From assembly GCF_006345805.1 (NCBI RefSeq), contig NC_042997.1, positions 60,574,001 through 60,638,000 on the forward strand: a stretch of DNA of 64,000 nt. The letters are read 5' to 3'. The notes beneath the pieces were generated by a model. It was not told the DNA's origin and did not search any database. It saw only the letters and a list, made by a program, of their open reading frames with translations. This document shows positions 25,341 through 38,465 of this stretch, piece after piece. The DNA comes from Octopus sinensis. Its lineage: Eukaryota. A program made the position numbers and the translations under genes. Position 1 is the stretch's first letter, and each line of letters begins with the position of its first letter.

Positions 25341-25558
25341 TATGCAAGGGATGCTGACAAGTTCCTGGCTTCTGGTTAAAGAAAATACAGGAGGATCAGT
25401 TAATTATGATTTTATTGAACATGTTCCACTCTCTGATTCACTCACTTGCAGCAGTCCTTCAGTTTTTCTAAGCCTTGTAAAAGAACTCGGAAAGTTGGGC
25501 CTCCAACCAGACTTTTATGATACCCTTAAAGCCAGGAACTTTTCAGCACCCCCTCGTA
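25341..25558 (+). mobile_element. Tc1/mariner-type MITE
   Basis: TIR-like ends gatgctgacaagttcctggct ... agccaggaacttttcagcaccccctcgTA. Other copies at 41344-41546 and 36179-36370 (partial). Confidence 0.85.
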
Positions 25559-25870
25559 TTCTTACGCTAAAAATTACAAACTGTACAAGAAATTAAATAA
25601 GTCAATCTTAATTCACAACTTACCTAATCAAATATAATATCTTTTCTGCAAATAATCTTATAAACATCTAAATATCTTTTTTATTTCCACAATGAAATTT
25701 GTAGAAACATTTCTCTTATAAATTTTTTGAAAGAATATAGCTGAATCTTATTGCCCCAGTTATATCATTATCTGTAGTGTATCAATTAAGGAGTTCCATA
25801 CTTTTTCCAAGACACAAAGGTCAGTTGTATAATAAAACCAAAACATGCTTGGAATTGTCACTATGCTTCT
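25505..25870 (+). repeat. 366-bp dispersed duplication, likely source copy
   Basis: Matches 12536-12901; the MITE is complete here. Confidence 0.95.
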
Positions 25871-26499
25871 CAAAAACCAAGCTCACTCTTCACTGTATGC
25901 CCCACCCACTTCAGCTTTTAATCAATTTGAATTTATGCTTTGCCTTCCTTGTTTTGATAAGAGTTACCATTAACACTAATGAATTTTCTTTTAATTTCAA
26001 GTGTAATTTTAATTGATTTTTTTTTGTCTTTTTTTTTACTCACTACTTTAAGAAAGTCAATCCCCTAAAAGGCATCCCTGGGAAGGTTTTCCTTATCATG
26101 TTTTCAAATTACCTAGTTTGACTATTTTTCATTATCTGCTTTTCTGAAGTGGCCTAACAAGGCCAAAATATGCATGGAATTGTTGAAATTGTTTCCCTTG
26201 CTTCAATAAAATTTATCATTAACATTAATATTTTTCTTTTCATTATCCTTTTTTACTTCATTCATTGGACTGTAGTCATGCCTGGGCACTGCCTAAAAGG
26301 ATTTAGGCAAACAAATTGATCCTAGTACTTATTTTAAAGCCTGATACTTATTCTATCAGTTTCATTTGCTGAACCACTAAGTGGTGGTGGGGGACAAACA
26401 CAAAAGCATACTCTTGTAGATATATATTTCGTTTACCTTTCTTCACTCATATCAAATTACCTAGCCTTTAAATGTCTGTTGCGAATGAAAAAATGTTCA

Positions 26500-28080
26500 G
26501 ATAAGCCGATTTTTCATGTATAAACTAAGAGCTTTGTTAAATAATTTGTTAAAGAAAGACACGAAATGGGACTGGACAAACGAATGTCAGAAAGCATTTA
26601 AGGATTTTAAAAAGAGGTTGACATAAGAGTTATCATTAACTCATTTCAACCCAAACCTGAAAATAATTGTGGCATCTGTGCCAGTAAATATAGTATATCA
26701 AAGCTATTGCACATGCATCAAGAGTTCTCTTAGTAGCAGAAAAAAACTACAGCCAGATCAAAAAGGAGGCTTTATCATTAATCTTCGCAGTAAAGAAATT
26801 CCATAAATTCCTATACGGTAGGAAGTTTACACCGCAAACTGATCACCAGCTATTACTGTCTATTTTCAGTTCGAATAAGGGTATCCCCATGCACTCAGCA
26901 AACCACTTACAGCACTGGAGGACTACCCTGTTGAACTATGATTTTTAAATGGAGTTTTTGCCATCAAAGAAATTGAGACACGCAGATTGGTTGTCTAGGC
27001 TAATTCCAAAATATAAGGAACCGTTTGAGAACACAGTGATTGCATCGTTAAAACAAGAAATGAAACTGAAGAACATTTGGTGCAATGTAGTATGTGATTT
27101 ACCAGTAATGCTGGAAGAAATTAAATTGAAATTGGAAAAAGATATGGTCATAAACAAGATTTTAAAAGTATTGTTGGAAAGTAACACGAAAAATAATATA
27201 AATGAGCAGAACGTAGGTTCAAAGCATTATTCAGTATGTGATGATGTATTATTATATGCACAAAGGGTGGTAAAACCTGAAGCACTGCGAAACAGGATAT
27301 TGAAAGACTTTCATGTAGGACATCCGGGGATTGCCTAGATGAAAAGCCTCATGAAGAGTTCCATGTATTGGCCGAATATGGACAAGCAAATTGAGAGACT
27401 GGTAACACAATGTAGAGGAGTCGCTATGACAGCAAAGGCGCCACCAGTGCAGATACAGCCATGGGCAAAAACAGATTCAGCATGGTCTAGACTGTATGTG
27501 GATCTTGCAGGACCAATAAATGGTCATTATTATATCATTGTGGTGGATAGCCATTCCATATGGCCTGAAGTGTGTAAATGCTCAAGGCCAACCACAAATG
27601 TGACTGTTGACTTCTTGGAAGAATTGTTTGCCCATTATGGAGTGCCAGATACAATCATATTAGATAATGGCACACAATTCATGGCAAAGGAGTTCGAAAA
27701 ATTCTGTAAGTCAGTTCAGATGAAGCATGTGTTAACTCTGTCATACCATCCAAGGTCAAATGGGTTAGTGAAAAGATTCATTGGCACTTTCAAGAGAGCC
27801 TTAAGAAAGACCAGATGGGAAGCCCGTGAAGATAGAAATATGACGAAGTTCTTACAGGTGTACAGAATAACACCAAATCTAAATGCAGAGTCGGGTAGGT
27901 CACCTGCAGATTTTATGTTCTCCAGAAAGATTCGTTCTGTGTTTCACAAATTGTTGCCAAGTAGGAAAGGGAAAATACAAAATTCAGGAAGTAGAACGAA
28001 ATTTTTTAACACAGGTGACAAAGTGTATTTTAAAATATATAAATCAGAAAACAAACTGGACGTCTGGGTAATGTGATGTG
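26500..28080 (+). mobile_element. Ty3/Gypsy pol remnant: RNase H, integrase zinc finger and DDE core
   Basis: WDWTNECQKAF, AHASR..AEKNYSQI.KEAL, TDHQ, HADWLSR, FHVGHPGI, YWPNMD, DNGTQF, YHPRSNG. Several stops. Confidence 0.95.
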
Positions 28081-28386
28081 CATGGTAAAAGTACCAAAAT
28101 ATGAACATAAAAGGCATTTTAACCAATTAAAGAAAAGATATATCAAAAATTAAGAAAGACGAGACGAACCAATGGATATTTGGTATGACATGTTCGAGGT
28201 CCCAGAAGCACAAGTGAAAGCAGAACCAACATGTAGGTCAAACAGGAAAATAAAACCTACAGAAATGATGGAAATTAATGCCAAGAGAAAGAGATATGCC
28301 AGTTTCTCACCAAGGAAATAAAATTGATAAAAATAAAGAATAAATAAATAAAAAAAAAGGACAAAGCCAATCTCAAAAGGGAGAGG

Positions 28387-28517
28387 TGTTATGTGGAAGT
28401 AGAACACCCTTATTGGTTGGCTCCTAATGGACTGTGCCACAATATAAATGGACATATGCAGAGAGCCTTTAGAGCAGAGTAAAGCCAAGAGTTGCATATT
28501 GTTGAAGAATAATTAAC
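28387..28517 (+). mobile_element. 3' LTR of the Gypsy element (131 bp)
   Basis: Polypurine tract AAAAGGGAGAGG (28375-28386) immediately before TGTTA...TAACA termini. No 5' LTR seen. Confidence 0.8.
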
Positions 28518-28851
28518 AGTATCTTGAGTAGAATGATTTACAAGGACATTATTATTATCCCGTTATATCATATGTTGAATGTGCGATACAACACATTGTC
28601 TATAAATCAAATTTTCCTCTTGATACAATTACCTCAATGTATATCTTTCCATGCCCAAACATACATGAACATGTTTAATATGACTATATATCTATGTTCA
28701 TACACATGTCTAACATTGTTTTACTTTGTTTTTTTTAATGCCCTCTGTCACATGCTTACATGGGTTGGATAGAATTTGTTGAGATGGATTTTCTACAGCC
28801 AGATGCCCTTTCTTTTGCCAACACATGCCTACTTCCAAATAAGGTAATATA

Positions 28852-29150
28852 AGGTGTTTATTGAGCGAAAACACCTAAAGTTCCACGAGGCTCCGGCAGG
28901 GGATGGTGGTGATCCCTGCTGTACTCTTTCACCACAACTTTCTCTCACTCTTACTTCCTGTTTCTGTTGTACCTGTATTTCAAAGGGCCGGCCTTGTCAC
29001 TCTCTGTGTCACGCTGAATATCCCCGAGAACTACGTTAAGGGTGCCCATGTCTGTGGAGTGCTCAGCCACTTACACGTTAATTTCACGAGCAGGCTGTTC
29101 CGTTGATCGGATCAACCGGAACCCTCGTCGTTGTAACCGACGGAGTGCTT
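28852..29150 (+). mobile_element. SINE-like element with a non-tRNA head and a 3' part shared with 49648-49957
   Basis: 28968-29148 aligns with 49775-49953. The head has two hairpins and no B-box. Confidence 0.7.
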
Positions 29151-29286
29151 CCATCCAATATTTCTCCATGATCAGACATGTTTTCAAAGAATATTAGAAA
29201 TAAAGGACATTATTTGCATTATGGTGACACTTGTTTACAACTACCATGCAATGTCAAGCTAAGGAAACAGTAAAACACAAACAGAC

Positions 29287-29345
<59 letters not shown>

Positions 29346-30166
29346 GTTTCTTTCAGTTTCAAGCACCAAATCCACTCACAGGACTTTGGTTGGCCTGAAG
29401 TTGTAATAGAAAATACTTGCCCAAAATGCTATGCAATAGAAATGAACTTGAAATCATGTGGTTAGGAAACAAACTCCTTACCATAAAGCTACACTTGTGT
29501 CTATATATGTATATCAAGTCAACACATGGTCTCAGTTCAACTAACTAGTTTGGCAAGAAACTTGATCTTAGACCATGTGTTGAAATTGAAGCATTTTATC
29601 ATGAAACAGCTATTTTAACTATTTGAGGACACACAAAAATCTAATATTGACAAATTTGTACTGTAAGCAGGTATTTCAAACATATTTTGAGATAATTTAT
29701 ATACACATAACCAATGACATCTCCAAATGGGTACTATTTATATACTTTCCAAATGGGTACTATTTATATACATATTTATATACATAAAAAAAGAAAGAAA
29801 TAATGAATGAAATTAACAAACAGAGAGGGATAAAATAGAATGTCATATGAAAATGACTAAAGGCTTGTGTGCCAAAAGTTCAAACAGCCACAATATCGTT
29901 GGGTCCACAGCACCAAAGTTTTTTTAAAAATTGATAAAAGGTGAAAAACAGAACTGAGAGAAAGAAACATCATTCTCCTACAAAGATTATAAAAATTTGC
30001 TTCAAACCAATTTTCAACAACTGCAATAGAATTGCATTAGTGAGGAGGGCACAAAAATGCAGTGATAGTTTTGAACAAGCCTTTGCTTGTCAAAAATATT
30101 TTTATAAGTTTGTCCTAAATGTCCATGCTTCTTTTCTGACCTTTAATTAGCCCTTGTTTTATATGA

Positions 30167-31187
30167 TACTAGCAGCATAGCCCGGTGTTGCCCGGGTATG
30201 TAAGAAACTTTGTCGATAAGCAATGCCCTTTACCTTTTTACCCTTTTTTGTACTCATTGAACCGTTATTTTGTAAAATGAAGCCATTAAGGCATTCAAGG
30301 CACTGTTCCTTTGCATACATGACTACAGTCCAACATTGCTCAGATTTGAAGCAAAAGGAAAACATGCCATTTCTAGTAACCCTTATGATAAAAGCGGCAA
30401 AAATCGACTAAATTGCCTGAAATCCACCAACTATTTAACAAAAGTCAGTTTTGTAGGGTTCGCATGGTCGGTCTCAAAGTGATATGGTTTTGTCGATTTC
30501 TCTCAATACTTGTTAACTGCATTGGCAAAAGGTCGTTAGTTTGACATTTAATGCAAACTTGACGTCCAACATCGGTGTAGGAAAAATCTATGTGAACTTT
30601 CAAAAAATATCGCAGAAAAATCGGTTTGCTATGTGTGCCACATATGATGTAATTAACCGATTTTTCCCAATAATAACGTATCCTATTGGAATCAAAAGAG
30701 CCATATAGCTCCTTGAAGCAGACATGATGGTTGCTGTGAATTTCAAAAAAAATTCATGCCAATTTGTTAAAGATATTGTCGAAAAGATGTCATCTTGAAT
30801 TTGAACGCGATTTCCCAATATGGCATGATTTTATTGATTTTTTCTGATGGTAAGGTATTGCATGGAAAACTAACATCAGAATTAAGTTCCTTAGGGTAAC
30901 ATTAAGCTTCACCATGAGTTTGGTGAAAATCGATTGCAAGTTGCAAAAACTACAACGGAAAATATGTTGCATATGATGAGCTTAGATTCTCGGCCCCATG
31001 TCGAATTTATCGATTTTTTCAGAACTGGGGGAACTTTTCAAAATTTTCGCTGCGTTAGTTTTGAATTATGACATTGGGCTATGTGTGTGTCAAGTTTCAT
31101 CAGAATCGGTTGAAAGCCGTCGTCAGGGTGAGGGTACAACCTGACAGACACACAGACAGACAAACTGCCTTTTATATATAGAGAGAT
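30167..31187 (+). mobile_element. Non-autonomous Helitron/Helentron-type element (HINE-like)
   Basis: Starts TACTAGC with a subterminal hairpin (cccggtgttgcccggg) and ends gacagacaaactgccttttatatatagagagat. No TIR or TSD, no coding capacity. Confidence 0.7.
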
Positions 31188-34167
31188 GATTAATACAAAG
31201 CTTTCCTTTCATAAGTTCCAAGTTACTCTGCTGGTTGAAAAAAAATTGGCAATGTGTATCATATATGATGCATTGACACCAGGGAGATAAGTTGTGTTTA
31301 TCACATGTGATACACAGAACAAAGAGAGGGTTGAGAAATAAACAAAATGCGAATAACAGTTTTTATCAAAAGCCAACAACTATTCAGATGTAGTTTCTGG
31401 TCTTAAAGAAGAAAACATTATCAGGAATATTTTGACTCTGCGGCATGTAAATGGTCACCATAAAAGATCTTCAGATATTATGACATCTAACAAATATAAA
31501 GATACCATGAGGTCTAGTATTAATAAATACATAGATGTGTTTTCTTTATAACACAGGGAGTAATATTGTTTGATTTTTTACTGCATGTCTTTTTCCCTTA
31601 TATTCTGTCAATAAATGACCACCCACTGGCCAGTATATCTTCCTCAGAATGTCATTTCTCTGAAATGTTTTCCATGTCAAAGTATTTTCTGTTGATATCT
31701 ACTAATAGATACTACCTCTCCTGTGTATCAATCACTTATGATACATGGGACATATTTCCTTGGAATCCATGCATCATATATGCTATACATTCCCAACTTT
31801 TTTTCAACACCAGAGTAACTTGTGTCTTACGAAAGGAAAGCTTTACAATACACATAAATATGAAACAAGGGCTAACTATAAGTCCAAAAACAAGCATGGA
31901 CATTTAAGAGAGACTATGAAAATGCTTTGGATAGGCAAAGGGTTACAGCTGCATCAATTTCACACATCTTGGATAGACTGCAAACATCATAGACACAACT
32001 CTTCCTTGTTATTATACTACTAAACTGGAACAGAATTAGAAACAAAATGACTTAAAAAATAAAAATGAACACATCAAAACAGATAATATACAACTTAAGA
32101 TATAATGACATTAAACTATTTAAAAATAGCCAATCTGATTATTTGGGACAACAAAATTGAATTAAGCTCCCTTGTGGAAATCTACATCAACATAATTAAG
32201 AGGTTTGTGAGAAATAAGGTTCTCTGTTCTGTGATTTGTAGTAATGACACATTGTTTTGTTAATGATAAATAAATATTTTGTATTTAGAATTTTGTATGA
32301 ACTTTTTGTTCTTCTATCTTTCAGCTCAACCAAAGTATATTTTCATTATACTGGTGACAACAAAATCAAAATATATTCACATTAAAGGATATCATATACT
32401 AATTCTCTCCTTCCTTCCAGCTTAACTATAGTTATGATATCATTAAGTAAAATAGGGTTTTATTTTAATGTGCTAATGTGAAAGACACTGCAAGCAAATG
32501 GTGCTTACAGTATTGCCTCTTATATAAATTAATCACCCTTTTGTTGATAAGAAATGCTGCTTTCGGAAGAATAACCAGCAATGACCTTGGGTACTTTGCT
32601 GAGAATGCAGATCAATATTCATAAATGTTTTAGGTCAATTTTTCTGTGCAGATAACTATATGAAGTTTATGTAATTAATTTTCGAATTGAATTGTTAAAT
32701 GGTTGGTAGGAGACATGAGTAATAAGTAGACTTCAAAGAGATGCAATTTTGAGGAAAAATATTGGCTAAAGTGTTTGGTACTGAGTTATAAGAGATGAAA
32801 TGGTTTAGGAACACACTTAACAATACTCTGATTGGTATACAATATAGGAACACAACAGATCTGGTAAACTCTAAAAATTTAAAAACTTTACTAATAACTA
32901 ATCTCAGGAATTTAGCATTGCAAGAACCACGAAATGTTATAGGTCAGAGTTTAAGGTAGTGCTAGAAGCTATTGTTGAGCTACATGGTAAATCTTTTATC
33001 TTTTACTGATTTCATCCATTGAACTGTTACCAAGCTGGAACATTACTTTCAAGGGTTTAGTGGAACAAATTGACCCCAGGGCTTATTTTGTAAAGCTTGG
33101 TACTTATCCTATTGGTCTCTTTTGCTGAACTGCTAAATTATGGGGATGTAAACAAATCAACACCAGTTGCCAAGTGGTGGTGGTGATTTAGGGACAAAGA
33201 CACACACACACTTGACAGCCTTCTGTCAGCTTCAGTTTACCAAATGCACTCACAAGGCAGTGGTCGACTCAAGGCTGTAATAGAAAATACCTGCTTAAAG
33301 TTCCATGTAATACAACAACCAGGAATCATGTGGATGGGAAGCAAACTTCTTACCACTGACCCACATAATAATAATTTTTGCTTAATGCTCCAAATTTAAA
33401 GAATTTCAGATACAATTGATTGAATCAATCATCAACCAAAGGCAAAAATCAAACAAAACCAGATTGTATGTATAAAGACGTTGCTAAAAGGCATTTCATC
33501 TTGCACTTGACTGTTTCAGTTAGACCCACCACTTGTAAAACAGTAAATATTATTGGTAACAAATACAACAGAAATGAAACTATAATTATATAGATTACAA
33601 GGCTAATGACAAGTATAATATGCAATTTTGATTGGTTTCTTATTTTTACTTGCTGATAAAAACAATCTTTGTGATTAAGCAGCTCAGATCTTTTGGCAAC
33701 TTGACCAATAGCAATACAGAAAATGAAGATTGTGATTAAATGATCCATATTCTCCAGTCTAAACTATTTTGCCAAATGGTAATGGATATGTGATAATTTG
33801 AGAAGTAGCATTTTTCTAAACTGTTCTTTGTTTTTCACAAATGCTCTTCATTAATTGAAATACTATACTATCTCCATTAGTTTCTTATTAATAATGTCAA
33901 TAAATATTGGTTTAGAGCTTTGATCTTTATTAACAGCTGCATGTTATATACAATTCAGTTTACTCTAAATATCAACTAAAATTAGTATTCAATAAAAATA
34001 TGGTATAATGTTAGTCTTTGATAGGAATTTCTTTTCTATAATAAAACATTCAGTTCATCGAATACAATCATTTTGTAAATACAATTAATGGATAGCCTTG
34101 CTCTGAAGATAATTTATCAATCTATTTCCAGAACTAATTTTCATCAATGCATATGTGTTTGTGTGTG

Positions 34168-34218
<51 letters not shown>

Positions 34219-34279
34219 CACATTATAGTACACATATATATATGTATTTATACAAGATAATGTTATATATATATATATA

Positions 34280-35296
34280 TATTCTGCTCTTTCTGCCTTT
34301 CTCTGTACATCAGGCAAATAGGATGCCACTTGGCTGACTGGTTCGCAGAACACCCCCGAGACATCCAACTCAGCAATGACACCCCAGTCTCATGCCATTT
34401 CCACTCTATTGGTCACTCTTTGCAACACCTGTCTGTGTTTGGATTGTCCTTGCACAGGGGCCATCCAGACTCCTGTCATCACCGTGAACAAGGATTAATC
34501 TTCTCTCTTTGCTCCTTTGCACTACATGGGCTCAACTCTCCTCCCCTCTCCTCTCTTTATCTCCCACTTACTTCCTCCCACCCACCTCTCCTCTTTTGTT
34601 CTGACTCCTACTTCTTCTCTTCACTCGTATCCTCCTTCTCTCTTCTCTTCACTCCTACCCACCTTCTCCCTTCTGCCTCTCCCTTCATCATCACCCCTCC
34701 CTCGTAACCCAACCCCTACACAATCCAACCCCACCTTCCCTATCCATCCCATCCCCTATGCCCACTCCCACATACCTCACCTCTACCTCTGTCCTCAGCC
34801 TAACCCACAACTCACCCTTGCTTTCCCCACTCTCGCCTCCCCCACATCCCAACACCACTACACCACACCACACAATAGCATACTGCACAACACCGCATCA
34901 CATCACACCAGCATGCACACACTAACACTGACCACTTCCCAGCACTCACACCATTATCCACGCACCTCAACGTCACCAGCCCTCTTCCACATGCACATAC
35001 ATACTCTCTTATACACATGCATGCACACCTTTGCTTTGGGATCACCACTACTTTATTATCTCCCCTCCTTCCTAGCTCTCCTGTGTGACACCTCTGTCCG
35101 CCATTCACCATGATAAATCGCTAGCCACTACACATTCTTTATTTTCTCTCCCTGTTTCTTTCTGTGTTCCTTTCTGTGGAAGAGCGTAAGCTCAAAATGT
35201 TAAAAACTTTTTCACTTCCCGAGTGTTAAACTAATACATCTGTTTGTTGTCGACACCACCTGTCTTCGTCTTTTGCTTTTTTGTGAATTCTTCCCC
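34280..35296 (+). mobile_element. Penelope-like element 3' fragment: GIY-YIG endonuclease C-terminus plus pseudo-LTR
   Basis: CSFCLSLYIRQIGCHLADWFAEHPRDI...PVSCHF...H...REQGLIFSL...GLNS, then a C-rich low-complexity spacer and a pLTR (about 35105-35296) homologous to 58277-58465. Confidence 0.85.
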
Positions 35297-35304
35297 TATA
35301 TATA

Positions 35305-35690
35305 TATATTATATAAAATCCATTCTGTCTGTCTGTGTGTGTATCTTCTAGGATCTCGGGCATCCTCCATCCGATTGCGCTCAAATTTGATATGTAGATA
35401 CCGTCGGTATCTACATATCAAAGTCTTGAAAAAATTACAAAAATCGATTCCAGGTGAGAATGCGATTGATAAAGCCATGGGAACGTGCATTTGTAACATC
35501 GTTTTTCTTTGAATAGAAAAAGTCTGTCTTTATTTCTTCTTTTGCTGGTGTCTCAAATTTAGGTTAAATCAGTGTTTCTCAAAGGGGATGCCTATAGGAC
35601 AGTTGGACAAGTTGTTTTGAAAAAATTTGGTTTAAATGTTTGACAACTCAGCACCGTCCATTGGACGGGGGGGGGGGCGTTTTGCTTGTA
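35305..35690 (-). mobile_element. Second HINE-like element, internally deleted
   Basis: The reverse strand starts TACAAGC with a ccgtccaatggacgg hairpin and ends acagacagacagaatggattttatata, the same architecture as 30167-31187. Confidence 0.6.
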
Positions 35691-35752
35691 TATATATATA
35701 TGTGTGTGTGTGTGTGTATGTTTGTATGTATGTGTATATACATATATGTATG

Positions 35753-35795
<43 letters not shown>

Positions 35796-36412
35796 GCATA
35801 TATTCCAGTAAGTTAGTCCTAAGATAGCAGTTTTTAAAACTAGATGAGGCCAAGCAGCAAGATGAATCAACACTTTCAAGAAGAACTAAACCACTATCAA
35901 CCAGACAAACCAGCAGAAAATATTCTTAATATCAATTAGCCCTCATTCCAACCCTATAGTGAATAAGATCAAATAAGCTATCAAGTTCTTGAAAAGTAGT
36001 AAAACAGCCGGTGTTTGTGCAATTCACACAAAACTGCTAAAGGCAAACCCAATTACAGTGACATCAATGCTGTTTGATCACTTTAGGACCATATGGGAGA
36101 GTGACACCAATCAAAGTGACTGAGCAAAATGAGCAATAGCCCAACTTTGCAAGAAAAGCAACTGACAGGCTCCGGTATTACGAAGAGATGCTGAAAAGTC
36201 CCTGGCTTTGGGTAAAAGAAAATACAGGAGGATCAGTTAATTGTGATTTTATTCAACATATTCCCCTTCTCAGATTCACACACTTATTGCAATGGTCCTT
36301 CAGCTTCTCTCAGCTCTGTAAAATAACTTGGAAGGTTGAACCTTCAGCCAGGCCTTTCACGACACCCTTGTTTTATCATATTCTTTTTCATTCATAACAA
36401 GTTTTTTTTTGT

Positions 36413-37572
36413 AGAGTTCAGATCTGCAATTGACAGCAAGCTGAAAGAAGAGCAAGCGGGATTCACAAAAGGTAGAGGATGCATTGATCAGATACATGTT
36501 CTAAGAAAAATAATCAAGCAGTGCTTTAAGTGGAATGTTTCATTGTACACAATTTCATAAACTGTAGAAAGGATTTTGACCATGTGCTTAAGAAGACTCA
36601 CTGGAAGTTCTTGAAATCACATAGAATCCCTGAGAAGAGCCTCACCTTGATCAGTCTGTTCTATAATGATTTTGAATGAAGTGTGATCATTAACAAGACA
36701 TTCACTGAATGGTTAACAGTGGAATCCAGTATGTGACAGGGATATATCCTCCCCTCACTCATCATCTACTTAATATTAGTGACTTGATCATGCATATGAC
36801 CACAGCAGGATATCCAGTGGATGCTTTTTTCAAATTTAGAAAATTACCTAGCAGCCCTCTCCTCAAATAGAGAATATCTACAAGAGAAATCTATCAAGCT
36901 GAACGATTGTACTAGCCAGGTTTAAGCATCAATACTATAAAGAAAAGTGAACTGCATCAACTCCAATAATTCTAGATCTATCACTGTTAATGGTAATCAT
37001 GTGAATGATTTTACATATATAGAAAGCATTATCAGCAGAGTCAATGGGGCAAGAAAGGTTTACTGAAAGGAATTTGAAGGACCTTACCAATCTGGAAGTG
37101 TAGGTAATAGGAACTTAGGGTTAAGACCAGACTCTATAAAATTAATGTCAAATCTGAAGCAATGTATGGCTCAGAATGCTGGGTAGTGAAAAAGGAGACC
37201 TGAATCAGCTCAGTGCTTTCCATAATGAGTGTTTGAAGCAAATCTACTGAACCTTCTGTCTCCAAAAAGTGTCAAGTTAGAAGCTATGCTGCAAAACTAG
37301 TTGCAATAGTGTGAAACTTGAAATTAAATGCTGGCAGCTCAGATTGCTAGACTATGCACACAGAATGGGCAAGAGAAAAATACCATGAGAAGCATTAAGA
37401 TAGACATCAACTGGAAAACAAAAGCCTGGTTGGCCAAAGAACACTTGGTGTAAAACAACTGAAAGTGAAACATGAATTTTGCATGATGCAAGGTACAGAA
37501 AGCTACAAGACTTGTCTGAATGATATTGATTTCTTGAAGCCTTATTTTTCAATAAAGAAGAAGATTAAATAA
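36413..37572 (+). mobile_element. 5'-truncated RTE LINE of a second family (RT to 3' end), degenerate
   Basis: KLKEEQAGFTKGRGCIDQIHVLRKII motif and a later RQG-like motif; AATAAA and a gaagaagatt tail at about 37551-37572. Confidence 0.85.
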
Positions 37573-37886
37573 ACTTCCAAAAGAAGTGCCCACAATTTCA
37601 TGGGAAATGTTGTATGTAGCAACACTTATTGTTTAGTAGAAAAATTCCACACATTGTATAACCCAACATTAGATTAGAGCTAATATCCCGCTTTCCATAA
37701 GCAGCAGCAGGAAGTTTTACTGACCAACTAAAACAATTATATTTAGTCACAGTCAGATTACCGCATCTGGTTGACATTGTACAGCACACAAACCAGAGAA
37801 AGAATCTTTGTGCAATTAATCAACCTGCTAATTATAGCAGCCAAATCACTTTCAAATCATACCCTGCCGATTTAAATAGAGGTATA

Positions 37887-37924
<38 letters not shown>

Positions 37925-38199
37925 AAAATACTACTTGAAATCATAAATTTTCTTTTCTTCATTCTGCACAAATATCTCTTTCTGTAGGGTTGAAGACTGT
38001 TACAAATCATTTAAGTGATATGCTCAAGACCTGAATTGATAAGATTAGTTGTTTCATTGGAAGTATTGCTATTGTAAAACTAATTTGTAGTTATATTCTA
38101 AGTAATGAGGTGGCAAGCTGCCAGAATTGTTGATGCATCAAAAAAAAAAAGTACTCAGTGGGATTTATTCATTTTGTTTGTTCAGTGTTCTAAAGTTAC

Positions 38200-38465
38200 A
38201 TAATATTGTGTAAGAGATGTCATCACCTTTGCTGGTGGCAGGAGCGGCTTTATCTTGTATCTGAGAATTTAGTTTCTTCTTTGCTGAACACTTCTTTTAT
38301 AGTGATGGTGTTGATGACTTACTAGACCAATTCTTGAATAGAAAAGTTGATGGCATTGATTGCAAGGTAATGTTAATAGAGGACAAGGTTGATTTTGTTA
38401 AGCCTTTCTTTCCTGTTGTTTGATTTCTTCATTTTTTCTTCTGATAATTTCAAAGTTATTTTTTA
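38200..38465 (-). mobile_element. LINE 3' fragment with a C-terminal C2H2 finger (RTE/BovB-like)
   Basis: Minus strand reads FEIIRRKNEEIKQQERKA*...CNQCHQLFYSRIGLVSHQHHH. Confidence 0.75.

Noticed and set aside
28852-28930. HDV-like ribozyme
   Set aside because: P3/L3- and P4-like parts are present, but there is no room for the P1 3' strand and no canonical J4/2.
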